Positions 25,955 through 40,085 of a stretch of DNA of 64,000 nt are shown piece by piece. The stretch is from positions 34,596,001 through 34,660,000 of the forward strand of contig OX597820.1 of assembly GCA_951406725.2 (NCBI GenBank), given 5' to 3'. The notes under the pieces were generated by a model that was given only the letters and a program-made list of their open reading frames with translations, had not been told where the DNA came from and searched no databases. Source of the DNA: Octopus vulgaris (lineage: Eukaryota). The position numbers and the translations under genes are program-made. The stretch's first letter is position 1. The number at the start of each line of letters is the position of its first letter.

Positions 25955-26690
25955 TAATCCTTGAATTAACACAAACCCCACTAGAAATTAACATAATCCT
26001 TAATGTCCGTAAAACCCTTATTTCTTTTGAGGACAAACTCTGATGCTGGGCCAATCACCATAATACCAATAACCTCAGCAATATTTTTGACATAACCATG
26101 GGATCATCCGACTCCGCCCAGGTCACCGACCTCGTTGGGCTATACATACTCCACCAGCTCCAAATACATTTCCCTAACCTCAAGGGAGGCCTCTACAGAG
26201 ATGACTCCTTGCAAGTTACCAAGAGCGTAAATAAATCCTCTTTAGAACGAGCTAGAAAAGATCTACACAAATTTTTCTTTAGCCTATACCTATGAACTAC
26301 TTTTGAAAATTCCCACAAAACTACTAACTTTTTAAACGTAACTTTAAGCTTAGAAACCTCCCAGTACTCCCCTTATTACAAACCTAACCAAAACTTTAAA
26401 TACTTAAACATTCCTTCCAGTCACCACAAATCCACCTTTGATGACATAGTCAAGGGGATCTTGATCCGTATAACTGACTTCTCTTCCACTGAGGAAATAT
26501 TCAATAACCACGCCTCATATTACAACCAAGCGCTCAATGCCCGCGGCTTCTCCCAACAAATAAAATACATCCCTAATACTAGGCTCAAGCAACATGTATC
26601 TCAAATCACATCGCAACCATCAGAATCACAACAGACCACACATACACTATGCTAGAACTCCTGGAGAACCTGCATTAAGACAACCTAGAC
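25955..26690 (+). mobile_element. Penelope-like element reverse transcriptase fragment, decayed
   Basis: FDITMGSSDSAQVTDLVGLYIL...GLYRDD, NFLNVTL, PYYKPN, SSTEEIFN...YNQALNARG are PLE RT/thumb motifs; multiple stops. Confidence 0.88.
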
Positions 26691-27350
26691 CCCACACGCG
26701 GCGCTGATGTTTGCAAGGAAAGTAAAATCAGTCTTTGATAAATTGCTGTCTGGCAAGAAAAGAAAAAGTGCCAGAGAAGACGTAGCAAGATTCTTTAAAG
26801 TTGGTGAAAAGGTGTATATGAGGGAATACAAAAACGGAAAGTAGAGTTGGGAAAATGGCGTGATTACCAAATACATAGATAAAATGATGTATTGGGTAAA
26901 AAGTTGAAGAGGCATACAAAAGAGACACAGGAATCAACTGAAAAAGAGATTCGTGGAAAGCGAACACAAAAGATTTGAAGAGCCGATGGAATGGTTGTAC
27001 GATATGTTTCAAGTACCAACAGCATTGCGGGTGATCGAACCAAGGAATACAAAAGAGAGGAAAAGAAAACATAGAGAGTTTCTCAAAATAGATACCAAGC
27101 GCAAAAAATATTAAATTATGCAAAAAAAAAATCTTCAAAAACGGGAGGTGAATTTAAAAAATTATTGCTAAATAGAATGACACTTCCTTAGAAAAACTTA
27201 AAAGGAGAGATGTTGTAGGGAATTAGTAATAATCGTACACCCCTCCCACGTGACAAGTGATATGAGTAGTTACTACAAATAGGAGACTACGTTGTAGGTG
27301 GTCAGAGATAGTCGTGTCTTTACTGGTTTTACTAAGTATACTGTAACGAA
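26690..27350 (+). mobile_element. Ty3/Gypsy LTR retrotransposon 3' fragment (integrase C-terminus, PPT, LTR start)
   Basis: TPHAALMFARKVKSVFDKLL...RFFKVGEKVYMREY...W..GVI...KRHRNQLKKR; polypurine tract aaaaggagaga followed by TGTTGTAGG at ~27211. Confidence 0.75.
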
Positions 27351-27847
27351 GTGGGCGTTATATCAATCCAACATTTTAAAGGATATAACAATAATTATGT
27401 GTGTGGTCGAGTGTGCATGTATGCGTGCATGCGTGTATGCGTTTCTCAATACAACGATAGCATCGTTACCGTGGGACTGCTTCACTTAATTACTTCCATC
27501 CTTCTGTAATCAGTTGATGATGGAACTAACCAGTTCTGTTACGACTTAGAATTTCCGCTGTATACGAATCGGAAACACAAATAAAATTTGTTTCCGGACA
27601 TTTTCAACTTATTATTCCTTTTTTCTTATTTTTTTTCTTATTCTTTCTTTCTACCTTCAGAGATGAAAAAAAAATGGTTCAGACATATTCAATATGTTCC
27701 CCTCTTCTTTCACCACATTTTTTCTTGTATCTTCTTTAGAGTTTGCTTCCGTTTTCCGTTTTCTTCGAATTCTAAATTCTTTGTATTCGTCTGTGTGGAA
27801 TGGATTAACATTGTCCCTTTTATTCTTTCTTTCTTTCTTTCTTTTTT

Positions 27848-27911
<64 letters not shown>

Positions 27912-28058
27912 GTGTGTGTGTGTATGTGAACATACATTCATGTATATATGTATTCATATATCCATGTATGTATGTATGTATGTATGTATGTATGTATGTA
28001 TGTATGTATGTATGTATGTATGTATGTATGTATGTATGTATGTATGTATATATGTATG

Positions 28059-28092
<34 letters not shown>

Positions 28093-28154
28093 TGTATGTA
28101 TGTACGTATGTATGTATGCACGTATGTATGTATCTATGCATGCATGTATGTATG

Positions 28155-28202
<48 letters not shown>

Positions 28203-28367
28203 TTTATATATATGTATAAACAAATACACACACACACACATACACAAACATATTCGTGTGTGCGGAATATAAACTTAAAAGCTTGAAGGAAGAAATTTAC
28301 TGATTTCGTCTTATCTCAATTTAAAATGTGTCATCAGTCTATTGTTGGACGCATTCTGAGTGCTATT

Positions 28368-28407
<40 letters not shown>

Positions 28408-28561
28408 ACACACACACCTACTCAAGCACTCAAACACACATAAACAGAAACCACCGCCACCATCACCTGAACGGCAAACATATACATACAGATATGTATA
28501 GACATGTATATATAAATATACATAAATATGCTTTAGTAAATATATCTGCCTGTGTATAAAC

Positions 28562-28634
<73 letters not shown>

Positions 28635-29526
28635 GCTAGCTAGCTAGCTAGCTATCTACCTAAATAGCTATATACGTTCTCTCATACGTCCAAATAAAGA
28701 GGGACAGACATAGATATAGACATCATTGTCTGACGATCAGAAGCATGAAACTTGTAACAGTGATATGTTGGGTATTCTTAGTATGTTAATGTATGTCAGT
28801 GTGTTGTGAACTTTTTCTCTTGATTCTTTACTGTGAGACATATTTTCTTTCTTTGTTTCTGCATTACATACATGCATAAATACATACGTACATACATACA
28901 TACATAGTACATACATACATACATACATACATACATACATACATGCAGGCATGCATATACATACATACATACATACATACATACATACATACATACATAC
29001 ATACATACATACATACATACATGCATGCATACATACATACATACATGCATACATACATACATACATACATACATACGTACATACATACATACGAAAATAC
29101 CCAGTTCATGTTGAAATTCCAATGAAGGTGTTTTGGATCTAGGTTAGAAACCAGGTTTTTCTCTGTTGGCAAGAAGCCTTGAAATAAATCTAAATAATGA
29201 CACACATACATGGTGGTTGTATGTATGTATGTATGTATGTATGTATGTATGTATGTATGTATGTATGTATGTATGTATGTATGTATGCATGCACGTTTGT
29301 ATGTTAATATGTATGTATTTATGTATGTATGACCAACACTGACAAATTACCTCTTCCTAGATGTTAAAAACAATGGCTGGTAGCAATGCTCGTGCTGAAA
29401 TTTAAACAGCTTGCACAGCATTGCTAAGACTTTCACCTATAAACTGAAGAAGTTCAGAAACAAGGAAGAGCAATATCTCGTTTCGCTGCGAGTTGAGTGT
29501 TATTTCGGGATTTCCACCTCTTAGAC

Positions 29527-29887
29527 CAGTGGTTCTTGACCGGAGTGCATAAGAGCCTGTATGGTCCTTAAGGGTCCATATAAGATTGGAGGGGGAGCCC
29601 ACACAACAAAATAGTTAATTAGGGATTCACAATAGTAGTTTAAGGGCCCCCTGAAAAATTTTAACTTTAGATGTATGTATTGGTATGTATTGCAGGAAAC
29701 AGCTACGTTTATTTCTCTAGCATTTTACATAGTTCAAACTACACAAGTTAAAGTGAGGATAACAAAGTAGGAATTTTGAAAGAAGTATCTGTAAAACTAG
29801 ATTTTAAACATCGAATGAGTATGAGGGTCCACCAGAATAAAATGATAATCAAAGGGGTCCATAGATAAAAAGTGGTTGAGAACCCTG
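29527..29887. mobile_element. hAT (Charlie-like) MITE
   Basis: TIRs cagtggttcttgacc / ggttgagaaccctg; 8-bp TSD tcttagac / tcctagac, resembling the Charlie TCTAGA-centred target. Confidence 0.85.
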
Positions 29888-30329
29888 TCCTAGACAGATG
29901 TCTAAACGAAGACCAGGTGTTTCTCACTCCCAGGTGTTGGATGGCCGTTGATTCTACTGAGTCCGTACATTGATAGGTTTTGTTTTGCGTCCTGTAGGGT
30001 ATCCAACAAAAGCCACTCTTCTTATCCAGCAGGCCTGGTAGGGTTGCCAGCTTAGTGGCCTGCAGCCCGATGTTGCTACAGGTTGTACTGGGGTTGCGTT
30101 ACCAGTAACACTAAGCGTGACCTGACATAACACACGCACACACACACGCACGCACGCATACACCCATTCACTCACACAGACACTCTATACATACACACAA
30201 AAAACACTCACATATATATAAATGTATTGGAGATATACATACGTATATATATATACAAACACACACACATATATAGATATACATACAAAAATATATGTAC
30301 CTACAGATTTACACAAAACCCTAGAAATA

Positions 30330-30749
30330 ACAGGCTCAAGAAAGAGCAACACAAACTCTATACGGCAATCGTTTCAGTGAAGATTTATAAGACATTCGAA
30401 AGGTTCTCCATCTGAGATCTTTAGGTGAATAAATGCCAACGCTTGTTGTATGTATCAACAGCTTAACCAACACGCCAACTCAGCCATATTTACAAACATC
30501 CAGAAATCTCTTAACAAAATGTATGCCAGAAGGTTCGCAAATCTAACGGGGGCATCAATATACATTTTAAGATCCACAAAGTTCAGAACTTGTCTGCAGC
30601 TCTTGGTGGTCCAAATCGGATATACAATCTATGTGGGTGTCTTTTGAAGACATTGTCTGGTTTAAAAAGCCACATCAGATGTCATGATGGTTCTAAGGTG
30701 TAGGTACAGGAGGTGACCAAACTCTGCATGCATAAGGAGTAGACAACCA

Positions 30750-30752
<3 letters not shown>
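30330..30752 (+). mobile_element. RTE-type LINE 3' end with two degenerate C2H2-like fingers
   Basis: Frame QNVCQKVRKSNGGINIHFKIH...YNLCGCLLKTLSGLKSHIRCH* then a short 3' UTR and (TA)n. Confidence 0.6.
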
Positions 30753-30821
<69 letters not shown>

Positions 30822-30935
30822 ATATTTCGGAATGGTCATATTGCCAGTTTAGCCAATAAAAACACACGCACTATATATTTGGTGTTATTTTGCTTCAGTG
30901 ATATTTATTTTTTACATTAATCTTAATCTTATTTC

Positions 30936-30980
30936 GGCCAAAGTTCTTTCGTCACACTCCTGTGACCGCATCAGTGGTCC
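30936..30980 (-). ncRNA. Type I hammerhead-like motif in a TA-flanked repeat (~30818-31230)
   Basis: Minus strand: ggacca CTGATGC g gtcaca-ggag-tgtgac GAAA GAAC TT tggcc; perfect 6-bp stem II; core A9C. Confidence 0.62.
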
Positions 30981-31345
30981 TTTGTTTTCTTCTCACTTAC
31001 TTGTGTCTCTCCTTACTAACCGTCAGCCATTTTGTATTTCTATTGTATGTCTTCATTTGCGCATGCTTATATCTCTATGTGCGTCTATGTTTATTTAGTG
31101 TGTGTGTGGGGGGGATGCCTGTAATATTTGTATCTTCTGGTTATATACATTCTTGTAATTTGTATTTTGTTTTTGTTGTTGTTGCTTTTTTCTAATTTTG
31201 TTCATGTGTTTACATCCACCCATTATTATCATTACATATGCTTGTATGTATGTATAACAACAATATTAGTAATAATAATAATAAATCTAATTGATAACAT
31301 AAATAAAAAAAAAAAAAAAATGTTGCCTGGGGCTAAATGCAACAG

Positions 31346-31408
<63 letters not shown>

Positions 31409-31526
31409 TACACACACACATACACATATACATACACCCATATATACACATATACATATATATAGTTATTCATTTCTATTTCTTTAATTATCTGTGCATT
31501 TATTATGTTTGCAGGATCCACTATCG

Positions 31527-31734
31527 TCATATGTTGTGGTGTGCGCTATTGCTCCATTCTAGTTTTCTATTCAGGCTAGGTTTATTTTCTATTATATGTG
31601 TAGCTTCTGTAATTTGTCTAATTGTTGCATCTGTTCTATGTGTGGACAATATCTTAATCTCTATGTTATTGATTGATCCCCCGTGTTCTTGTTCAGCGTG
31701 TTGGTACAAAATCTTGCACAACAAATATTTAAAC

Positions 31735-31735
<1 letters not shown>
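31527..31735 (-). mobile_element. Penelope-like element GIY-YIG endonuclease C-terminal fragment
   Basis: LYQHAEQEH...IKILSTH...[20 protein letters not shown] matches the H..H / R...EA..I...P.LN GIY-YIG C-terminal motif of PLEs. Confidence 0.8.
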
Positions 31736-31797
<62 letters not shown>

Positions 31798-31847
31798 CAT
31801 AATATATAAATATATGCATATATACATACATATATTTATATATTTTG

Positions 31848-31922
<75 letters not shown>

Positions 31923-31968
31923 CAATCTTACTTAGAAATGGATGCGTGCGTTCCGTCATATAATAAAT

Positions 31969-32196
31969 TAATAAATGAAACATATGCATATATACATACA
32001 TATATGTACGTACCTACCTCTACATGTATATATACATGCATATATGGGTACAGGACACCAAAAAAACGTCGAACACAATGAGAAAAGAAAACATAAACAC
32101 AAAACCAAGGAAGGTGTTCTGTATATATATGCATGTATATATACATGTAGAGGTAGGTACGTACATATATGTATGTATATATGCATATGTTTCATT

Positions 32197-32201
<5 letters not shown>
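31969..32201. repeat. Perfect 77-bp inverted repeat with 79-bp spacer
   Basis: 31969-32045 is the reverse complement of 32125-32201; the ORF track gives the same peptide [23 protein letters not shown] on both strands. Confidence 0.95.
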
Positions 32202-32247
<46 letters not shown>

Positions 32248-32286
32248 GGATGTATATTATATACATATATTTATATATTTTGTATG

Positions 32287-32336
<50 letters not shown>

Positions 32337-32430
32337 ATCCAAACATGAAAACACAAAGAGAAAACACAACGCGAGGACGTGGAACAAGTATAGTATTATT
32401 GGACGCTCAGGAAAGAAGGAAGGAAGGAGG

Positions 32431-32465
32431 GTTTAAAGTTTCGAGCAGAGCTGTTCGTCAGAAAC
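32431..32465 (-). ncRNA. Degenerate minimal type I hammerhead (repeat 32333-32492)
   Basis: gttt CTGACGA a cagc-tct-gctc GAAA CTTT aaac; paralog of 46800-46834. Confidence 0.55.
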
Positions 32466-33369
32466 ATAGGAAAAGGAAAGATCCAAAGAAGATGTGAGTG
32501 TGTGTGTGTGTGTGTATTTATCTATGTGTGTGTGTCTTTGTTTGTCACCCCATCATCGCTTGACAACCAATAGTGGTGTGTTTATGTCCCCGTAACCTAG
32601 TGGTTCGGCAAAAGAGACCGAAAGAATAAGTACTATGCTTACAAAGAATAAGTGCTGGCGACGATTTCTTCGACTAAAAACCTTTAAGGCGGTGCTCCAG
32701 CATTGCTGCAATCAAGTGATTGAAACAAGTAAAAGAATAAAAGAATATATGTATGCATGTGTGTTTGTATGTTTGTGTGTGTGAGTGTGTGTGTGTGTGT
32801 GCACATATATGTATCTATATATACATGATGTACTCAGTACATGATATTCGAACTCTTTTATAGTTCTTATGTTCTCTTGATGTTTTCCCAACAAGCCAGC
32901 CAGCCAGCCAGCCAACCAGCCAACAAGCCCACTCCCCACTTCTCTGTCAGTCTGTCACCCACCGACCCTATTTACTAATTCTACAGCAAACATTACATGT
33001 ATTAACAGTCATTAGCGTCATACAACCACCGCCGCCAACACCGTCACAACCACAACCGCCGCCACCACACCTGCCAGCATAACCCCTTCTGCCAAAACCA
33101 CCGAAATAGCTAAAATATTATGGAAACTAACGAGAGCACCACCACCACCACCACCACCACAATTGTCATCGTCGTCATCATCATCATTAACATCATTTTC
33201 ACCGTCAGTGCAACCTCCAGTACCTTTTCCCCCCCAAACTACCAGGAGTGGCGGATGGGGGCTTAGTGGAAAAGGAGGTCATTGAGATGTGACATGAGTA
33301 GATTAGTGGTAGGTTTGAGGTGAGCTGAGCGGAGGCAATTGAATAGTAATTATTGCAAGTAATTCAAAC

Positions 33370-34340
33370 CGGGCGAAATGCGTAGCCGTATTTCGTCTGT
33401 CTTTACGTTGTGAGTTCAAATTCCGCCGAGGTCGACTTTGTCTTTCATCCTTTCATCCTTAAGTACCAGTTACGCACCGGGGTCGATATAATCGACTTAA
33501 TTCGTTTGTCTGTCCTTGTTTGTCCCCTCTGTGTTTAGCCCCTTGTGCGTATTAAAGAAATAGGCGTCAAATTTATAAGGCGGCGAGCTAGCAGAAACGT
33601 TAGCACGCCGGGCAAAATGCTTAGCGGTATTTCGTCTGTCGTTACGTTCTGAGTTCAAATTCTGCCGAGGTTGACCTCGCCTTTCATCCTTTCTGCTGGG
33701 AGCAGAGGTAGAAACTTGGAGTGGCAGAGCGGCAGATAGGTTGTGGATACACAAGACGTAGAAGGATGAATGTAACGAGGGCTGGAATCTGAGGTAGAAG
33801 AGGTGGAACGGTTCCAGAGTGGCCGATGTAGGTAAACAAGAATAAACGTAACATGGACTGAGAGCAGAAGCAGAAGCAGTGGAACGGCTGATAGGATGTA
33901 AGTACACAAGAATGTACGTAACATGGGTTCAAAGGCGGCGAGTTGGCAGAAACGTTAGAACGCCGGGCGAAATGCGTAGCCGTATTTCGTCTGCCGTTAC
34001 GTTCTGAGTTCAAATTCCGCCGAGGTCGACTTTGCCTTTCGTCCTTTCGGGGTCGATAAATTAAGTACCAGTTACGCACTGGGGTCGATATAATCGACAT
34101 AATCCCTTTGTCTGTCCTCTCTGTGTTTAGCCCCTTGTGGGTAATAAAGAAATAGGTATTTTGTCTGCTGTTATGTTCTGAGTTCAAATTCCGCCGAGGT
34201 CGATTTTGCCTTTCATCCTTTCGGGGTCGATTAAATATATACCAGTTACGCACTGGGGTCGATATAATCGACTCAATTCGTTTGTCTATCCTCGTTTGTC
34301 CTCTCTGTGTTTAGCCCCTTGTGGGTAGTAAAGAAATAGG
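33370..34340 (+). mobile_element. Cluster of SINE family A copies, one dimer inserted in a ~75-bp degenerate minisatellite
   Basis: Copies at ~33370, 33578, 33932 and 34155; direct repeat tacgtaacatgg(g/t)tt flanks 33932-34340. Confidence 0.85.
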
Positions 34341-35454
34341 TACGTAACATGGTTTGAGCGCAGACGCAGAAGCGGTGGAACAGTGGCAGAACGGCAAATG
34401 GGATGTAGGTGCACAGGCATGCACGTAATAGTTGTGGTTGAGTGGTTGGGTGGGTAAAGTAAATAAAATATCTAGTGAAATTTAAAAACAAAAAAACGCC
34501 AATAGAGTGTATGCAAATAATTGTTGCAGCAGTCTGTGCAACAAGCGCTCATGTGCACACATATGCATACAGCAAACACCAACTTAGCAACTGCCGAGAA
34601 ACTGCGTATATTTGCATATTATACATCAATATATGAATGCTGATGCAACACATCGCCGCAGTCGCAGTGGTAGTTGTGCATGTATGAGAGACATAAAGGC
34701 TGATCAATAAGCTGATTGCACCATTCATGATGCAACTGCACCATCGACGGCGTTGCACGTTGCTGGGCAACGGGACGAGGGACACTGGCAGTTTCACTTC
34801 ATCAACGGTCGTTGTTGTTTTGTTGTTTTGGTTGTAGTTGTTGTAGTTGTTGTTGTTGTTGGTAATGCTATTGTAATTGTTATTGTGGGTGTTGTTGTGG
34901 ATGTTGTCATTGTAATTGTTATTGGTGATGTTGTTGTGTTTGTTATTGTTATGGCTGTTGTGATTGTTGCTGTTGTCATGATTGTTGTTGCTATTGTTGT
35001 AGTTATTTTAGTTGTTCTTCTAGTTATAATTGTGGTTATGATTTTTGTTGTTTTTGTTATTGTTCTTTTTGACTCTGTTGTCATTTTTTACGGTTTCCGT
35101 TATCTTTGTCGATGTTTTTGATAATGATGATGATGTTGATATTGATGATGCTGTTGTTATTGTTGTTTCTTAACAACAGATCAACTCTGAACCACATAAT
35201 CAAATGTGCTCCCATCACGACAGTCTCTTCTTTTCAGAAGTCTGCTCAGCTAGGACCTACCTGAGGTCAAATAACGACAGATACTATAAAAAAATAAATA
35301 AAATAAAACACTTATTTTCTATATTTTTTTCCCAAATTTTAACTTTAAACAGCAGTTTTGTGTAACGTTCCAAGTAATTAGTGAGTTTTTAATTTGATCT
35401 CTGGTGTGTACTGCAAAAAAAAAACCCTCTTAAAAATCTGAGTATCACCTGTGC

Positions 35455-35960
35455 AGAATATTATTTGAAAATGATTTAGCTGTTAAATCTTGCAGGGTAA
35501 GTGGTCCTTTGAGTATTACATTAACTCTTTAGATAACAGAGTGCTGTTTGAAGATGATTTAGCTGATATGTCTAGCATAGCAAGCAACACAGTAGAAGAA
35601 CTTTCATTGACTCTTATATGCTTCCACCTTCCCTTAGATTTTTTTTTAGATAAAAGTTTGATTTAGGTTTAGAGTTGACTTAGTTACTACATCCAGCAGG
35701 GCAAGTAATCTCTTATAAGGATTCTCATTGGCTCGTATGTTCTTCCATATTCATTTTTCTTTTATATAAAAGAAAGTTTTTTGAGGATGATTTAGCTACA
35801 ATGACTAGCGACCAGCGATCACGTAGAGGACCTCTCATTGGCTCGTATGTTCTTGCATGAATTCAAAAATATTTTTTAAACAATAGAGTGTTATGTGAGA
35901 ATGATTGAGCTGTTATATCTACGGCCAAGCTTTCGAGGTTTTGTTATTGGACATTATGCC
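35455..35960. repeat. Degenerate tandem array (~5 units, ~115 bp) of a dispersed SINE-tail-like segment
   Basis: Recurrent tttgargatgatttagctg...ctagca...ctctcattggctc at ~35461, 35545, 35665, 35778, 35893; single copies at ~6500, 8800, 36410, 40305, 41490, 55030. Confidence 0.7.
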
Positions 35961-36622
35961 TTTTCTTGTAACCTGAAGGTAATATCGGTATTATTACAGG
36001 CAGACCGAGCATCGCTCGATGGGTCGTGTGTTGTTCTTTCATTTAGATGTTGGGATAGAAACTAAAAGAAATTTGGCCTCTGGAAAAACACTCCTAGTTA
36101 GGAGGAAAGGCAGGATCCCTGACCTTTCACAAAGCCGCCGAGACTTGAAGGACAGAGAGACGAAAGGAGGAAGATATCCTGAAACCTGACACCTGACCTG
36201 AATACCTTGCAACCGAGTTGATGTTGTAGTTGAAGCTGATGTCGTAGATGTAGCTGTTGTTTTGTCTCAAGTTGGCCCTGATCCGGCAGATCTATGGTTT
36301 AGACGCATTCCAACAGGTGCCACCCGGTACTTTGTGTATGTGTATAGTATCTCTAAGGCTGTATCATCCAATTCCACCTAACCTTTATGAAGAACGCAAG
36401 GTATTATCTGAGAGTGATTTGGCTGTTGTTTCTAGCATAGAAGCTCCATCGTTGGGTTGCTTTAAATGTTTGAAAAGGAAAGCAAATCTGTATGTATGTA
36501 TGTATATACTTACAGATATATATTTCTTGCAACGTCGGTACCACTTTGTACCCTCTGTCACTTTAGTGACGTCTATAAATTTGCCTTTAGGTTGTTAAAT
36601 TACTAATAAGCCACCCATATTA

Positions 36623-36693
<71 letters not shown>

Positions 36694-36798
36694 ATATATA
36701 TGTATGTATTTATGTATGTATATTTATATATATGTATGTACATATACATATATATGTATATATATATGTATCTATGTATATATATATATATGTATATG

Positions 36799-36850
<52 letters not shown>

Positions 36851-36953
36851 TATACGGGCTAAAACATTTTAAGGATATATATATATGTATATATGTATAT
36901 ATATGTATATATATATGTATATATACATATATGTATATATACATAGATATCTG

Positions 36954-36985
<32 letters not shown>

Positions 36986-37329
36986 GTATATATATATATA
37001 TGTATATATGTATATTTATATATATGTATATATACATATATGTATATATACATACATATCTGTATATATATATATATATATATACACATACACGTCCACA
37101 CCCATCTTCCGTTACATTACATAATCAAAAGAAATATGTGACCTAATAGCAACTAAAATGTTAACGAAAAAAGGATAATCTTTCCTCTTCCCATGTCTGT
37201 ATGGACAGTATTTGAACAATGTATTTTAGGGTCTCCCTCGGTCAAGGTCGACCATACATCTATATACGTCATGTGCAGGCCTAGGCAAGAATTCTTTTCC
37301 CCCTTTTGGTGGAGGAGACAGGCAGTTTC

Positions 37330-38500
37330 CTATGAAGAACAAGTCCCCCTTCATTTTCATAATACCAAATATTTATCCAAAGGAAAGGCTGCCGACTATG
37401 GTGTCGATATAGCTAAGCACTGGTGTCGTCGCAGACGTTGCTATTGAAACTTAGGACCGAAAGAATTACAAGGTGCAGTAGAAAAACATCCCATATTTTA
37501 CTCGGTCACTACTGTAGCACTAGTAAGGTTAGACATATAGTAATGGTATCTTCTTTTAATTACATACATGCATATCGTGCGTTTGCTGCTGAAACATTTA
37601 TCAAGAAGGGTGAATCCGTGTTTTTTGGCCGCACTCTGTATTACAAAATTTATCGCAAGATCCTTTAATAATTGCGTCAGTTCACATTCCTAGATTAGTC
37701 GTATATCGGACCCGGGAGGATAAAAATCAAGGTTGACCTCGGTGGAAATTGAACTCAAAACGCAGATAGTAAAACAGAAAAACATCGTGTGGTATTCTAG
37801 CCAATACTGTAACGACTCTGCTAAATTGCCACTATATGGGTTGGGTTACGACTATTATCTGAAGAAGTTTGTGTTACTATGCATTTATGCTTGACTTCTA
37901 TCATAACATCAACCTTGCAGAACTGGATTCCATTTGTGCAGTATTAGTGTATAAGGAGTCTATCTTACAAATAAATGTTTCCTAGCATCCAAACCTCCAG
38001 AATACCTTCTAGAGACTATTAAACTAGTTTACTGTATCGAATATCTTCTTGACGTCAACGAAGACGTCATTCAAATGCAGTGTTTTGTCCCACAGGTTTT
38101 CCTGGGTCTATCGAACACATATTGCCATATATATGACTCTTCTGACCATTAAACTTTTCACATAGAGTTTCAGATAGGACTTCTATTCTGATTTTCTATT
38201 TCAGTCTTTTAAACAATACGCTTGTGATGATCATCGCCTCTAAAGGGTGTAGAGAAAATTCTCAATAATTCCTCGCTTTCACACCTATGTCTCTCCCACC
38301 ATTTGCAGAGGAAATTGCAAGGGTTCAGTGAATTCTTGTGACAGTGTGACCACAAAGTTCACCTTCAAAATTAACATCCGAGAATCTAAAGTTATTTATT
38401 AGCCAAATTCTGATTCGAACTAAGTAGCACATCTTCAACCGATCGCGATCGAAAGACAGAACATTGTAGAGGCAAGCGACTTTAACCTTTTGGGTAAGTA
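37330..38500 (+). mobile_element. Highly decayed RTE-like LINE reverse transcriptase fragment, interrupted by a SINE at ~37700-37835
   Basis: Remnant motifs LSKGKAA, ..KFIARSF, KFTFKINIRESKV and QNIVEASDFNLLG in the expected order. Confidence 0.5.
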
Positions 38501-39678
38501 CCAATCGTTAATGGATGGTAGGTTCAATACATAATTGGCGGTAGGATGAGCAAAGTTAGGTTGGCATTCTGAAGGTTGAGAAAATAATTATTTTTCATTA
38601 ACTAATTTCGTAGTTCATATAATCTGTATTTACAAAGCATTTTGCTTTTTTTATGTCACCCATTTCAGTTTTTGATGAATCTGAAACTCTTCCTGTCTGT
38701 AACCAATGATTAATTACTTCTAGATATCTTCCTAATGCTCATGTTAACACTAAATTAACTGTGTCTAATTAGTTTTCAAGGAATGTGACATTTCGAGAAA
38801 AAAAATAAAGCTAAAACAAAAAGAGGATAGGGAGAAATTAAGAAAAAAAAATGTTTATAATTAATCATTTATAAACAAATTATGATTTTTTGGTGTTATT
38901 AACTCCATTAATAGTAGGGTGGAGACATACAGGTCTTATAAAGGGGTTGGGGGTCAACCAGTTCATCGGTTTGGGACCCAAAGCCAAAAAAGCCCTTATA
39001 TATCTGATGACCCCTTCCAAAAAAAAAAAAAAAAATCATAGCTCCATTGAATTTCGATAGGATTTTCTCTTTCACCCCAACTGGGCCTGGAAGTAGTCAT
39101 ATTCAGCTCTTGAAACTTCTTTTATGGGCCCTGGACGCACAGAGCTTCAGTTAATCAAGCAAGGAATAGACTGCGTTAAGACAGAAGCACCTAAGTATTT
39201 CACGGCCAGACGTTATTTAATCCCAGGTTAGCCCTGGTATAGCTGATATATCTATGATCAAAGGGGTTCCAGATAGGGAGTTTGCAAACCCAGTGCCCAA
39301 AATATACTTCCAGTTTCATACCTACTCTCGTTGGAGCAACAAAATGTGTGCAACACTTATGGTTGAAGTTGGATTCTTGGGGAGAAAAGGCAAATCTTTA
39401 ATCCGTACATTATAAAGGATCACAATAAATGGGACGACCTTCTTAAGATTTAAAGGATGAAGAATAAAGCAAGATGCTTTCCTTCATAACCTTGTGCCAA
39501 GATGGCAGCCGGGCAAAATTTGATATTTTATCAAGCCTCTTAGTTACAGGGACGTAAACAAGCCAACACTGGTTGTCAAGTGGTGTGGGAAGACAAACGC
39601 TCGTAAATACATACATATATATACATACATACATTCATATGTAGATGACGATACATCGGAAGATTCCATACAGTTTCC

Positions 39679-40085
39679 TATTTCTTTATTGTCCACAAGG
39701 GGCTAAACATAGAGGGGACAAACAAGGACAAACACGGAGATTAAGTCGATTACATCGACCCCAGTGCGTAACTGGTACTTAATTTATCGACCCTCGAAAG
39801 GATGAAAGGCAAAGTCATAATTTCACCTCAGAACGTAACGGCAGACGAAATACCTATTTCTTTACTACTCACAAGGGGCTAAACACAGAGAGGATAAACA
39901 AAGACAGACAAACGGATTAAGTCGATTATATCGACCCCAATGCGTAACTGGTACTTATTTAATCGACCCCGAAAGGATGAAAGGCAAAGTCGACCTCGGC
40001 GGAATTTGAACTCAGAATGTAACGGTAGACGAAATACCGCTAAGCATTTCGCCCGGCGTGCTAACGTTTCTGCCAGCTCGCCGCC
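39679..40085 (-). mobile_element. SINE family A dimer inserted in a family D SINE
   Basis: Flanked by ttc(c/t)atacagtttcc direct repeats (39664-78, 40086-100); family D sequence continues on both sides. Confidence 0.88.

Noticed and set aside
29930-30125. GC-richer minus-strand stretch with an open frame (TTCSNIGLQATKLATLPG...CWIPY)
   Set aside because: Weak acceptor, no clear domain match, and it lies between the two HormR exons that already join in frame.
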